This document shows positions 1 to 13,139 of a DNA stretch of 64,000 bases, in pieces (positions within the stretch are counted from its first letter, which is position 1; each line of letters opens with the position of its first letter). Made by a program: the position numbers and the translations under genes. The stretch lies in NCBI GenBank assembly GCA_013239625.1, contig MU053881.1, positions 4,795,957-4,859,956 of the forward strand. Reading direction: 5' to 3'. The stretch is from Lama guanicoe. Its lineage: Eukaryota. The notes below the pieces were generated by a model. The model worked only from the letters and a program-made list of their open reading frames with translations, did no database searches and was not told the DNA's origin.

Positions 1-510
1 TGGCTTTAAATACCATCTGTATACACTGATAGACTCCACACGTCACATCTCCAGCCCAGATCGATCCACTTAACTCCAGACCCAGAAGACAACTGCCCAT
101 CAGAAACCTAAATGTCTAATAAGAATCTAAAACTTAACACAACCCGAAAGAGAACTGAGTTCCTGCCTTAAATCCCACACCTCACTCACACACACACAGA
201 CCTGATTTTCTTCAAGTCTTCCCCACCCCAGAAAACCATACTAGGTACTTAAGCCAGACACTTAAGTGCTGAGATGTCCTTCATTCTCTTTCCTTCTCCC
301 TCAAACCGATCCATCAGCACAGCATTGGACTCTACTTCCAAAACGATCTTATTTACGAGTTTCAGTCTGTTCGTTTATTTTCTCCCACCAGAATGTTACC
401 TTTTTAAATGCAGGAACACTGTTGTTCTTTGGGGTTTTGTGTGATTTCTTTTCACTTCTGCATCTCAGCTTGTGGAGCTGTGACTGTCATTTCACAGGAC
501 TTCAATAAAT
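1..510 (+). mobile_element. L2 fragments; others at ~28480-28560, 61300-61870 (-) and 62280-62960
   Basis: TGGCTTTAAATACCATCTGTA...GACTCC...TCTCCAGCCCAGA, and a 3'-end-like CAATAAATATGTGTT. Confidence 0.65.
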
Positions 511-1189
511 ATGTGTTACCAGCTAAGAAGGTCAGGGAGGGTGTCAGCAGGGAGGTGATATCTGAGCTGGGTCCTGAAATGTAAGTCAGTGTTCACCTGC
601 TGGAGAAGGAGGAAGGGAACGCTGGAAGAGGGAATAGTATGAGCAAAGAGAGAGAAGCAATAAAAAGTGCAGAATGTCTTGGCAGCCCGGACTCGGAAGT
701 CAGGTGTGCTGTGTTCAAATTCTAGCTCAGCCCCTAGCTCAGTAACTTTTGGCAAAGTAGCTTCCTGACCTGGGAAAAATGGAACTAACGCTAATACATT
801 CTTCATAGGGCCGTGTGGGGAATTTAATAATAGGCACAGCACATTATAAGCATGCCATCAATGGTAGTTTGATTAATATGAATCAATAATCATTATACAT
901 TTATAATGAGTAACAGTCTTAATAATTTGGTGTGGTTAGAATGTGGGATGCATGAGAAGTTTCTGGGAGATGTGACTAGATGATCAGGTTAGAGTCAGAA
1001 CACCAGAGGTCAGGGGACCCTCAGAATCATGCAGTTAGTGGCCAAGTGACTATGGCTCTGCAAATTATTTTGTCACTCAAAACATTAGGTGATCAGCAAA
1101 CTCTCACCTGAAAGCATGCTTCTACTCTGATGCTAGCAAACAGCAGTCAGCTAATACAGGCAATTCTCAATTATGACAGTGGTGCATTC

Positions 1190-1640
1190 ATTCTTTACTG
1201 CTGTGTAACAAATTACCCCAAATCTTGGCATCTTAGAAAACAACGAACACTTATTATCTCATATAGTTTCTGTGGGTCAGGAATACGGGAAAAAATTTAG
1301 CTGGGTCATTCTGGCTTGGGGGTCTCTCATGAGACTGAAGTCAAGTTTCAGACATCTGAAAACTTAACTGGAGCTGGAAGATTCACTTTCAGGATTGTTC
1401 ACATGGTTGGCAATTGCAAGCTGGCTGTTGGCAAGAAGCCTTAGTTACTCACCACATAGACCACAGGGCTGCTTGAGTGTCCTCACAACATGGCAGCTAG
1501 TTTCCCTCAGAACAAGTGATCCCAAAGAGAGCAAGGAAAAAATCACGTCTTTCATGACCTAGCACCAGAGGTCACACACGGTCATTCCTAAATACCTTAC
1601 TGGTGACCAGGTCAGCCCTACTCATTGTGGGAGGGCCAGG
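1190..1640. mobile_element. MaLR LTR (MLT1-type); related relics at ~2730-3390, 11510-11760, 46390-46880, 57965-58420, 59500-60010
   Basis: Diagnostic TGCTGTGTAACAAATTACCCCAAA...TCTGTGGGTCAGGAAT...CCTCACAACATGGCAGCT. Confidence 0.75.
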
Positions 1641-1921
1641 GAGCCTCAGCGCTTCCCCACTTGGCCTCTCATCCTTCCAGAATACTAAGTTATCTTAGGC
1701 ATTGACTGCCCCAGTTGGCCAGAGTGGACCTGAATTTTTCTTCACATCCCAACAGATGGAACAAAATAACAATGCTGAAAGAGAAAGTACAAAAATGGAA
1801 AGCAAAAGAGGGCTGCTGAAGGAATATGGTAATAATAATAATAATATAATAATAATAGCTATCATTTACCAATTGCTTCCCTTATATTGGACAAAGACCA
1901 AGATCTCTCCCAACTTCATCA

Positions 1922-2135
1922 TAGGGGTTGACAAGCTATGGTCTGTGGGCCAAATCTGACCCATCACCTAATTTGGGAATAAAGTCTTAATGGAACGTGG
2001 CCACACCCATTCACATCATCTGTAGATGCTCCCACCTACAACAGCAGGTGAGCAGTTATAACAGAAACCATGTGGTCTGTAAAGTCAAAAATATTTACTA
2101 TCTGACCTGTTACAGTAAAAGTTTACCAGCCTGTG
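1922..2135. mobile_element. hAT-Charlie MITE (MER58-like)
   Basis: AGGGGTTGACAAGCTATGGTCTGTGGGCCAAATCTG...AAAATATTTACTATCTG. Confidence 0.7.
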
Positions 2136-3454
2136 CACTATCCCACTAAAACCTCATAAAAAAAAAAAAACCCATGAGGTTAAAAAACCTATTTTAAAAA
2201 ATTTAAAACCCCATTAGGTAAGTAATATTACTTTCCTAATTTTATAGATGAAGAAACCGAGGATCAGGTAGGTTAAGTGACTTGCCCAAGATGGTGTTTA
2301 TTGTAAGGTTCCTACTGGGGAGCCTGACCTCAGGGCCTGGGTTATTCTGAGCTAGGAATCAGAAAGGCTGGCTTTTCGGAGGAGCTCTGTGACCTTGAGC
2401 AATTATTTAATGTCTTGATCCTCATTTTTCTCTTCTAGGAATAGATTTTAAAATGTCTGTCCAAACACTCCATGGGAAGGTCAAACGATAAATACAAAAT
2501 TAGAATGAAAACCCATAATGGAAAAGAATGTATACATACGTGTAACTGAATCACTATGCAGTACACCAGGAACTAACACAACATTGTAAAGCAACTATAC
2601 TTCAATTAAATTTTTAAGAAGTGGAACGAAAAAACAGCAAGTACTTCAACAAAAGGAATTAGGATTCTCAGCATGTGATGCTAAGGCTTACAAAGAGAAA
2701 GAAGCTCTGGGAGATACTACTAGAGAAGGCATCTCAGTTATCCTTGCAAAACAGACCACCCAAAATGTAACGGCTTAAGGCAACAACAGTTTATTACTTT
2801 TTACGATCTTCTAGGTTGGCTGGGTGGTTCCTCTGCTGGTTCCCCCCGAAATCACTTATGCAGCTGTGTTCAGGTAGAGCAGCAGTTCTAACCAGGGGAC
2901 ACTTGGGGATGTCTGGAGCCATCGTTGGTAAGAGTTCCTTTCATCTAGTGGGTAGAAGACAGGGATGCTACAAAACAGGGACCAAATATCAACAGTGCCA
3001 GGAAACCCAAGCTGAGAGTCAACTGAGCTAGAAAAGTCAGGATGCCATCACTCACATGTCTGGCTTCTGTGCTGGCAACTGGCTGGGGGCCTCAGCAATC
3101 TTTCACGTGGCCTCTCGTCCTCTAGTAGGCCAGCCCCACCTCCTTCCATCATGGTCTCAGAGCAGCATCCCAAAAACTCAAGGGTGGAAGCCACAAGGTT
3201 TCTTGAGATCTGGGCTCTAGCATTCACCCAAGGTGGCCTCCCTCACATTCATTTAGCCAAAACAATTCACAAGGTCAGCCAAGATTCTAGGCAGTGGAGG
3301 AAGAGACTCCACCTCTGCTGGGCCAGCAGCAAAGTCACATTCAAGGGCGTGCATATACTGGGATGGGAGGACTCCATGACTATTAGTCTACTACAGGAAG
3401 TAAGATTAAATATGTCTCAGCAGGAGCCCCATAGCTCAGGGGACAGCTCTAAGC

Positions 3455-3640
3455 CAGTGGTTCTCAAAGCGTGGTCCCTGGGCCTGCAGCGTCAACATTA
3501 GCTGAGAACGTGTTAGAAAGGCAAACTCTCGGGACCTACCCAACCCAACTGAATGGGAAACACAGGTGTGGCAACCAGCAGTGTGGTGTCAGCAAGCCCT
3601 CAGGTGATGCTGCTGCTCGTTCATGTGTAAGAATCCCTGG
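3455..3640. mobile_element. hAT-Charlie MITE (MER5A-like)
   Basis: CAGTGGTTCTCAAAGCGTGGTCCC...AAGCCCTCAGGTGATGCTG. Confidence 0.7.
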
Positions 3641-3987
3641 CCTAAAGGGAGTAACCAGGTCAGACACCCGTACATGCCCTGGACACTGGCTTGAAAGATG
3701 GTAGAGACCAAAATCTCCCTCCCCAGCCCTGCCCCAGCTCTCCCTGGGCCGCTGGTCATTCACCTGAGCACGAAACTCTCTCCTTGATAACAGAGTTTAG
3801 AGGGAACAGTCCTTGCACTCCCAACAGAAACGTGTCAAAGATCAAGGGGCAGGAACATGAGCCCAACAGAGTCTGCGGGCCGGGCCAGGAGGAAGCCAGG
3901 GAGGCAGCCAGCCCTCCTCAGGAGCTGGACCAGAAGAATCAGAGGATTCTTTTATTTTTGTTTTTGCTACTAAAAATACTAGCAGGG

Positions 3988-5087
3988 GAAAAAAAAAAGT
4001 CCATATAAAACCAAATCTTTTTTTATGATGTGACCAACAAGGTAATTTCCAAAATATACAAACAGCTTAGACAGTACAATATCAAAAAAGCAAACAATCC
4101 AATCAAAAACGGACAGAAGACCAAAATCGACATTTCTCCAAAGAAGACATACAGATGGCCAACAGACACATGAAAAGATGCTCAACATCACTAATTACTA
4201 GAGAAATGCAAATCAAAATCACAATGAGGTACCACCTCACACCGGTCAGAATGGCCATCATCAAAAAGTCTACAAATAATAAATGCTGGGGAGGGTGTGG
4301 AGAAAAGGGAACCCTCCTACGCTACTAGTGGGAATATAAATTGGTGCAGCTACTATGGAGAACAGTATGGAGGTTCCTTTAAAAACTAAAAATGGAGTTA
4401 CTGTATGATCCAGCAATCCCACTCCTGGGCATATATCCAGAAAAGACAAAAACTCTAATTCGAAAAGACACATGCACCCCAATGTTCACAGAAACACTAT
4501 TTACAACAGCCAAGACACTGAAGCAACCTAAATGTCCATCAACAGATGACTGGATAAAGAAGCTGTGGTATAGATATAAACACTGGAATATTACTCAGCT
4601 ATAAAAAGAATGAAATAATGCCATTTGCAGAAATGTGGATGGACCGAGAGATGATCATACTAAGTGAAGTAAAGCCAGAAAGAGAAAGACAAGTATCATA
4701 CGATATCACTTATATGTGGAATCTAAAAAAACTGATACAGATAAACTTATTTATAAAACAGAAAGAGACTCACGGACATAGAAGACAAACTAATGGTTAC
4801 CAAAGGGGAAAGGGTAGGGGAGGGATAAAATAGGAGTTTGAGATTAATAGATGCAAATTACTATATATAAAATAGATAAACAACAAGGACCTACTGTATA
4901 GCATAGGGAGCTATATTCAACATCTTATAATGGACAAGAATCTATAAAAGAATATATATATATATATATATATATGATGTGTGTGTATATATAGCTGAAT
5001 CACTTTGCTGTGCACCTGAAACACATTGTAAGTCAACTATACTTCAGTAAAATAAATAGGTAAATTAAAGGTTTTTAAGCTAAACAG
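3988..5087 (+). mobile_element. 5'-truncated LINE-1 (ORF2 C-terminus plus 3' UTR)
   Basis: ORF2 motif YDPAIPLLGIYP...CTPMF..LFT.AK..KQPKCPSTDDWIKKLWY (4392-4604); TSD AAATACT(A/C)GCAGGG at 3974-3987 and 5088-5101. Confidence 0.92.
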
Positions 5088-5661
5088 AAATACTCGCAGG
5101 GCCCATTTAGAGTTTTCTATCCTCAGCCCAGAACTTAAATTCACATCACTGATCAAGAAGCGGATGGGACACCACCACTGCTGGTGATTGCCAGCTGAAA
5201 GCAGAGAAGCCGGTAAGAACCCCTATGTTCCAGCGCCACTGTGCTCTGCAGCCTTTAGGCAAAACCAGTGGTAGGACCCAGTCAGGTTCCCAAGCTACCC
5301 TGAGTCCTATCTGGTTCTTTGCTTATTACTGAATACCGCCAGCTGAGCGTGCTAAGCAGGGGGGCCTTGGGAACCCCCTACCCAGGGCCAGCTGGGTCCT
5401 CAAGCTCTTGATGAAGGAGGGAGATGTGTGACCCCCTGACCTGTTCATTCAATCTGAGGCAAGGTGAACTTTCCTGGATTCAAGATAAACCACATGATCC
5501 AACAAAAGGACCCAGTCCTTGTTTAGCACAAAAATGGCTCAGCAGATATTCACCATCTCCCAGGCAGGTACTAAATGCGCTCCTGGAGCCTGCTAGAGGC
5601 CACACATTTGTGAGAGGAGGCGGTAAGAGGATTTTATTGGCATTAAAATAAGTTTTTCTGA

Positions 5662-6022
5662 GAAAAACAAATATCATATGATATCACTTATATGCGGAAT
5701 CTAAAAAAAATGATACAAATCTTATTGACAAACCAAAAATAGACTCACGGACATAGAAAACAAACTTGCGGTTACCAAAAGGGAAAGGGTGGGGGAGGGA
5801 TAAATTAGGAGTTTGGGATTAACAGATACAAATTACTATATATAAAATAGATAAACAAGAAGGACCTTCTGTATAGCGCAGGGAGCTATATTCAATTTCT
5901 TATAATAACATAAAATGGAAAAGAATCTTAAAAATACATACATATGTTAATATATGTATAACTGAATCACTTTGCTGTACACCTGAAACTAACATTGTAA
6001 ATCAACTACATCTAAAAAAAAA
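5662..6022 (+). mobile_element. LINE-1 3' end
   Basis: Same 3' UTR as the 4-5 kb copy; A tail; TSD AAGT(T/C)TTTCTGA at 5650-5661 and 6023-6034. Confidence 0.9.
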
Positions 6023-7967
6023 AAGTCTTTCTGACCATGGGCCCAATCTTAGCATCGTAGAGGCAGCTTCCCGGGGTCATGAGGCCCTCTCACTGGAGTT
6101 ATGCTTTCAAGAGGTGGGACATTAACAACCAATTGCTGGGGGCGCTAGAGTGGGGATTTAGGAACTGGGGATTTCTCCACTGTCAGCCCCAGAAGTTAAA
6201 CACAGCAATTTCCAAGCAGGAGCCACCATGAAGACAGGAGCCTCCCCTACACTCAGTCCTTCTATGTTACGAATTGGGATTCTGCATTGAGAAGATCATT
6301 TGCAATAAGGATTCCATTGTTTTAAAAACAAAACTTTGAGAACAACTGAACTGATAACTGCTGGTGTTCTTTCCAACTTTCAGACCCCTAGTTCTGCGGA
6401 TTATGTATCTGGGTGCCCAGAGTAGTCAACATTATCTAAACCATAATCACCCTTCTTACCAATAATCTCTAATGTTTGGATATAAATTATCGCTACAGTA
6501 TAAATAAGCCAACATAACACTAATTTCCCCTCCCACAGGAAAGTTTTAAGTCCCTTATCCTTGGTTTGAACAGGGGTGGCAGAGCTGTTTCATTATTTAC
6601 CTTCTATTCTCCGTCACTATGAGAAAATGGTGATGACATCTTTTTGGCCAGATGGAACTGATGGGAGATTTATGGAGCAGCTGAGAACTGTCAAAGCCAG
6701 GCCAGGCAGATCCCACAAGACAATGACCATGGCCTTTTCATCAAGGAGCACACTGCTTTCTGGAATCCACTAACACAAGAGGTTCGTATCTACCCAGTCA
6801 TCAGCAAGATTATCCCAACACCCCACCAGCTGCTGCCACCAAACCCGGAGGCCTCCGCTTCTGCTCTTGGGGGATGCCATGTGACTGCACAGGAGTCTCA
6901 CCCCTCACCCACCATCCCACCACCCACCCACCCCACCCCCACCCCAGTCTGGCACCATCATCCAATGCCTTCTCGGTTACAGAGATTTCAGAAATTAGTC
7001 ACAGAAAGGAGGGCGGGAAGAGAGTGGAGGTTTCCCGAAGGAACCAGTAACAAGATCTGGGCTGTTTCACCTCGAGGTCACAGCGGCTCAGATTGTCCCT
7101 GAGTTAGCACTGAATGGTCAAGAACAAAATCAGCCTCTCCAAACCCTTCTGCCGACTTGTCCACCATCTACTTTGTACCAAGAGCTTCCTTGAGGCAGGA
7201 CTTCCAGGCAATGGGATCTCCCCATTCACCGAGCCTTTCTCATTGGAGATTTTGATCCTTTCTCCACTGTCAGCCCCAGAAGATGGCCCCAGTGCCCACT
7301 CATTATCAGACAGAAGGGAGGAGTGGAATTGGAGACTAGAGTCAAGCATTTGTTTGAAACAAAGGTTCAGACGAGCTTCCCATCCTTTTCTTATAAAGAT
7401 GCACACTGGGACCCCTTCTCTGGCTTTGGTGACCATATGTCCTACTCACCACAGAACAGTCCCAGTTTGTTCCTCCTGTTGTCCCAAAGTTGTAACTTCC
7501 ATCGCTGCCTTTCACTCTTAAAAGTCCCTATTTGGACAGCAAACTATACAGTCCCTTTCCCCTGGCCCAGTCGCCACCTATGCTTTTCAGTAAGAATCTG
7601 GAAAGCCGCAGGTAGCCCTGCAAGCCAAGAGATGTGGAGATTTACAAAAAAAAAAAAAAAGCCAAAGAGACAAAATAGATTTCAAAAAATAAATTTTAAA
7701 AAGCCAAAGCCAAGAGCAGAGATGCTTATCCAAACAATCCAAATGCTCATGGGTAGGAAACGGTTTAATAAATCAAGGCTTGTCAACATGGAAATACTAT
7801 GCATCAATTCAAAAGAAAAAGGTGTATGTATTCATACTGATACTGTTATGAAAAGATCTCCAAGGGAGTTTGGTAAGAGAAAAAAGCAAACTGTCGATCG
7901 ATGCAACATGAATGATCCCAGTTATCTATTCTTTGTCATTGTGCACGTGGATATACAAAAGGTCTAG

Positions 7968-8225
7968 AACAGTGTCTAATAGAAATATAATGTGAGCCAC
8001 TATGTAATTTAAAATTTTCTAGGTCCATATTTTTACCAAGTGAAATTAATTTTATATAACCCAGTACATCCAAGATATGATCTAAATCAATATAAAAGAT
8101 TATTAATCTTATTTTACTTATTTTGTACTAAGTCCTCAAAATTGTGCTTTTTCCAGCAGTCTCAGTTCTTACAAGCCACATTGCAAGGCCTTAATAGCCA
8201 CATGTGGTTATTCAACAGCTCAGGG
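7968..8225. mobile_element. hAT-Charlie MITE (MER3-like)
   Basis: TGTCTAATAGAAATATAATGTGAGCCAC...AATAGCCACATGTGG. Confidence 0.7.
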
Positions 8226-8756
8226 CTAGAAGGACACACACCAGATAGCATGCTATCTCTGGGGAGGGAATTGGGATTATGAAAATGGAGTGATTTGCAC
8301 AGGCTTTTGAAATTTTTACAATGAGAATATATTCACTACTTAACATAATTTTGTAAAACAATAAGACCGTGAGATTTTTTAAAAGTAAGGAGCCAGAACA
8401 TGAGATGTGAAACTAACAAAATCTATGAATGAGCAATGAGGAAACATGGTATTAAAATCAATTCATCAGCCAGAGTGTTGGCTTATATTTTTTTTAAGTT
8501 TGACCCCCTCCAGGTCTGCTGGTCATGGGGCTGCATTAGGGTGCCCAGCAGCTGGAAACCAGCTTCCTGGGGGTCGCCTTGCTGACTTCTCCATCTAGAA
8601 AGAGAATGCCACGACATCACCCTGAGAAGCCTGCCACGTCAGGGGACACAGGACAGTGCTCTCAAACACTCAGATTGAAATTCTTTCAAAATGCAGACTA
8701 GAAAACCAGTGTCATCAAAATAGCCTGGGGTGCTTGTTTTAAAAGGCAGACTCTTG

Positions 8757-8864
8757 TAAGGGAGGGTATAGCTCAGTGGTAGAGTACATGCTTAGCATGC
8801 ATGAGGTCCTGGGTTCAATCCTCAGAACTTCTACTTAATTAATTAATTAGCTAATTGATTAATT
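8757..8864 (+). mobile_element. tRNA-derived SINE (camelid Vic-1-like)
   Basis: GGGAGGGTATAGCTCAGTGGTAGAG...GGTCCTGGGTTCAATCC (A and B boxes), AT-rich tail, 15-bp TSD AAAGGCAGACTCTTG at 8742-8756 and 8865-8879. Confidence 0.9.
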
Positions 8865-10339
8865 AAAGGCAGACTCTTGAGCCTCACAAAATAGGAGTTC
8901 CTGAGGTGGGGCCCAAGAATCTGCAATAAACAAGAACTCCAGGTGACTCCTATGCCCAACTAGGATGCAAAGAGACATCATTCTCTCCCAGACAACTTTC
9001 TACAGCCGATTCCTGGCTAGAATCTGATTCCACCTAGAATCATACCGCCAAAAACTGGTGGAAGACAGGAAATTCACTTCGATTTCCCCCGCCCCACCCT
9101 GAAGGAAGATTATATTCCTTCACAGTACTTACTGAATGATGCTTAAAGACCCCAAAACTTAAAAATAGGCCACCTCTTGGTAAAGACGGCCTTGTCCAGA
9201 ATTAGCACTGCTTCCAACTCTCCAAATCAGAGAACAGCTCAGGCTGCTGGACCAGTGCCTGCCCTATTGTGAGAATGCAAAAGGTGCTTCTTTCTACTTC
9301 CACGAGATGAGGCTGGGACATCTGGGTGGAAGATTTTTTCCCTCAAGGTGAGATCTTATATCTGTTTGGGTTTTTTGTTGTTTTTTTACATACTTTTTTC
9401 TTCCTTATTTTTAAACAAACCAAAGATGCAAATCACTGTTTAAAAGGGGGTGGGGTCAGGGGAGGAAATTACTTCAAAGGCACAGTTTCAATAGTGAAAA
9501 GTTATTGCTGCCTGTGCATAACATCTTTGTCCTAAAAGCTCAATAACCAGAAATTGACAGGTATGATTTTTCCCTATTTTACAAAAAAAAAAAAAGGACA
9601 GGAGGCTGGGAAGGTTAAGAGATGAGGGGGCTGGAGGGAGAAACTTACCCTCCCCGTTTGGACTCACAGGTAATTTTCACAACCGCGAGAAGCTGGTATC
9701 ATTACTCTCCCCATTTTCACACCTGAAGAAAGGGGTTGGAGGGCTCGCAAAGCTAGTGAGAAACAGATTGTCCACTGGACTCCTCTGCTGGTGCTCATCG
9801 CCCCTGCTTCACACAGAGTAATTCCCTCTGACACAAAATGATTTACTGCCTACTTCACCCCCACTCAGCCACGTTTAGCTGATTACAAGAAAGGCCCTCT
9901 CACGATCGTTAAACAAGCAGATGAATCTTTTCATCAAAGCTAAATGTCCTTTAATAATCTGACGCCCATTCTCCTTCCCTGACACCTGGCTGCTGTCAGT
10001 CTCCATGTAGATGAGAGAGGGAGAGAGGAATTTTCCTTCTCCCCTCACCCTAACAGCCCTCCAAGGCCAGGTTGGGTGCAATCCCTCACACTTGGAAACT
10101 CCTTTCCCTTGAAGTTTCTCTCTCTCTCCCTCTCTTTCTCTCTACTCTCTACCCTGCCTCCACCCCCATCTCCATCTCCATCTCTCTTCTCTCCCAGTGT
10201 CTCTTTTCTCCTTCAGTCTCCCTTCCTCTCTTTCGGCTCTCTAGGCAAAGCAAACAGCAGCGAAGGCAGCCCAGCAGAATGAAGAACGGGCAGGAGGATC
10301 CCTGTGTGGGGCAGCCTCCCCAGGGCAGAAGGTCAAGGT

Positions 10340-10900
10340 GAGGCGCAGCAGAGACCAGGGCGCGGAGGAAGCCAAGGAGCCGGGCGTGGCCCGCGCGCGG
10401 GGACCAGCTGTCCAGAGGTTCTCGCAGCTGTGCAAAACCTCCCGGTGCCGGTGCCCATCTGTCCGCCTCTCTTCAGAGGGAGGAGAAGCCTCCTGGATCT
10501 AAGGAGGGCTGGGCGGCGCTCACCACGGAAACCCCAGAAAAGATACGGCACACGGGCCCAGGCTCGGTTGTCCTAGAACCCCACCTCCCCCGACCCCGCC
10601 CAGGATGCTGCCCGGGCGGGGACACCATCTCCAGAGAAAAGCAAAAGGCTATTTCTGAGGCAGCTTAAAATTTTACCCTCTTTGCTACATCCGAGGCTTT
10701 CGCTTCTGCAGCTCTGAGCCCCCAGATGTACTGTCCCTTAATTGTCACCCCTGAGCCCCCGGGGAGGGAGACATAAGCCGGTGACCCTGATCAGAGCCCA
10801 CTGGATGTGGGAATCACAACAGCAAAAAGATCCCCTTCCTGCGCAGGAGGCGCTGCGCACGCGCATGGACTCCCTGTGCAGTCACTGCTTGGCGGGTTTC
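10340..10900. promoter_or_regulatory. Small CpG-rich island ~16 kb upstream of NKX2-5
   Basis: Local GC/CpG enrichment; NRF1-consensus TGCGCACGCGCA at 10854-10865. Confidence 0.5.
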
Positions 10901-12547
10901 AAATGATCAATCCGAAAGCATTCGTTGTACACCCAAAACCTGCTTGGAAGTGTGCTAGAATGTATTCTCTGCCCTCAAATGCCTAAAGACAAGGTGATGC
11001 ATAGGGAGACAGGCGCTCAAACTGAAAAGCAGAGCCCAGAGACGAGGGTTACTAAATTCTGCACAATTATTTTTAACAGTCACCATTATGGTTTTGCCGT
11101 TCAAGCAACAAAATGATTTCTCACACCTCCTCTACTCCCCACTCTCCCGCATTCCCCAAGCTCCTTCACTCCAGCCTACAACCCTTGCCAACACCACTCT
11201 AGAATTTTTTTAAAAGAGGAGAGGTGGGTGCAAAAAGAGAAAATTCTAAGGCCCTCCAATCACCTCCTTTTGTGGCTATTTGCTGTTTGGAGCTCTGGAG
11301 GCAGGAGGAAGATACAGTCCAGGTAGAGGCCCTGAAATCATCCTGGCTCCACTTTCCCACAGCAGGCCCGTCTGCTCTATTCCCCTGTTAAAGCCTCCTG
11401 TTCTCCACTCTGGGACAACTCTGTCACCAATGAGACTACTAAAAGCCACTGTATATTAAATAGCTACTACCAGTCCATGTGCTGAATCATTTTGCTTGAA
11501 CGATGTTCTGATTGCCTATAGCTGCATCACAAACCATCCCAAAACTTAGTGGTACGGAAACAACCATTTTATTATATTCACTGATTCCATGGAGTAGAAA
11601 TTTGGACAAGACATAGCAGGGATGGCTTGCCTCTGCTATACGAAGTCTGGGGCCTCAGCTATGAAAACTGGACCAGCTGGGTGCTGGAATCATCTGGACC
11701 CTTCATCACTCACAGGTCTGGCTTTGAAGCTGGAATGACTGGAAAGCTGGTTCATCCGGAACTGTCAAGCAGTTTCCTTCTGTCCTGGACGCAGCCAGTG
11801 ATACTTCAATCTCCATCCCATCTTCACCGGCTCTGGGGCCCAGGATGGAAATTTTAAGGAAGGCCCCCCTCCAGGTTTGACCAGCCTCTAATACCAGCTA
11901 CTTACGGGTTCTACTAGGCCAGACTAGGAACTGCCTTTGTCTGTTTACGGTGGGTTGGGGCCCTGATGCACACTGCCTTCATTCTGCCATTGGCCCCTAA
12001 CTGGGAAGCAGAACCCCATCAGTATATCTCTTTATATACTATCATCAGGTGCCCTCAATTAAAAATGAAGGTTTTAGAACAGCAAATGGGAAAATGGTCA
12101 AAATTTGTAGCATACAATAAAATGATAAAGGGGCACTAGCTCATATGAAGAGTTCATAAAATCAATAAGAAAAAAAACTAAGATCTCAATATATAGTCAG
12201 AAAATGCAAAGAGGTGATATAATTTAAAAAGAAAAATACAGATGCATTACAAACATTGAAAATAACCAAAATAACTTAAAATAATTATAGTATGGTGTTT
12301 TCACGTTATATATTTGCAAAGATCCATAAAATGAGAATTCTCAAATTGCTTTCCAGAAGGACTGCATAAAATTATATTCATGTGTCACTCATGTTTCAAG
12401 TGGAGAGCGGCTCTTCTTGAGCTGCAGCAATCAGGAAAGACTGTCTGGGAGAGGCGGGGCTGGGATTGGGACTTTAAAAGGGGGATAGGATGTCTCGTCT
12501 ACATCTCTACAGCTACACTACCTGTGTTTTAAAAACTCGTGTAAATG

Positions 12548-12751
12548 AGGAGGGTATAGTGAGGAGGAAGTGGTAAAGTGCATACTTAGCTCAGCATGCA
12601 TGAGATCCAGGGTCCTGGGTTCAATCCTCTAAAAATAAAGAAATAAATAAACCTAATTACCTACCCCTCCAAAATAAACTTAAATAAATAAATCACTCTT
12701 CAAAAAATTTTTTTTAATTTTTAAAAAACTAATGAGTTTACAAAAAAAAAG
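12548..12751 (+). mobile_element. tRNA-derived SINE (Vic-1-like), internally rearranged
   Basis: GAGGGTATAG..., B box GGGTTCAATCC, family tail AATAAATAAACCTAATTACC. Confidence 0.8.
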
Positions 12752-13139
12752 AAAAACTCATGGAGTTTAAATTATTCCACTTAAATTGCTATGGAAAGAT
12801 TTGATCCACCACAGTGTATAATAAAGGATACATAATAGTGAATTCAGCCCTCTCCTTCAATCCGAAGGGTTTTATTGGAGTTTCTCCTATTTAATGGATG
12901 ACTAAAATATTCTTAGAAGAAAAAAAATGCTCTAGCAACTATGAGGGAAACAAGGAGAATCAAAAGGGTGTTATGTCTTCAAGGAGTTTACTATGGATGG
13001 CGGGGTGGGTTGCCCAGAACCCAAAAAGGTACTCAGCCACAGATACCCCAGACATATAAACCAGCAGTGCTACCACCTCAAGGTCAGAAGCATGTCACGA
13101 GGCCAGAGCCCAAAGTGGATGCTATGGCATTAAGAGAGT

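Noticed and set aside
4392..4833. ORFs with protein-like sequence
   Set aside because: They are fragments of LINE-1 ORF2 and 3' UTR in a truncated element, not host genes.
8760..8832. tRNA-like sequences (also near 39.7, 40.1, 41.1, 45.4 and 56.2 kb)
   Set aside because: They are diverged from one another and carry AT-rich tails and TSDs, so they are SINE heads rather than tRNA genes.
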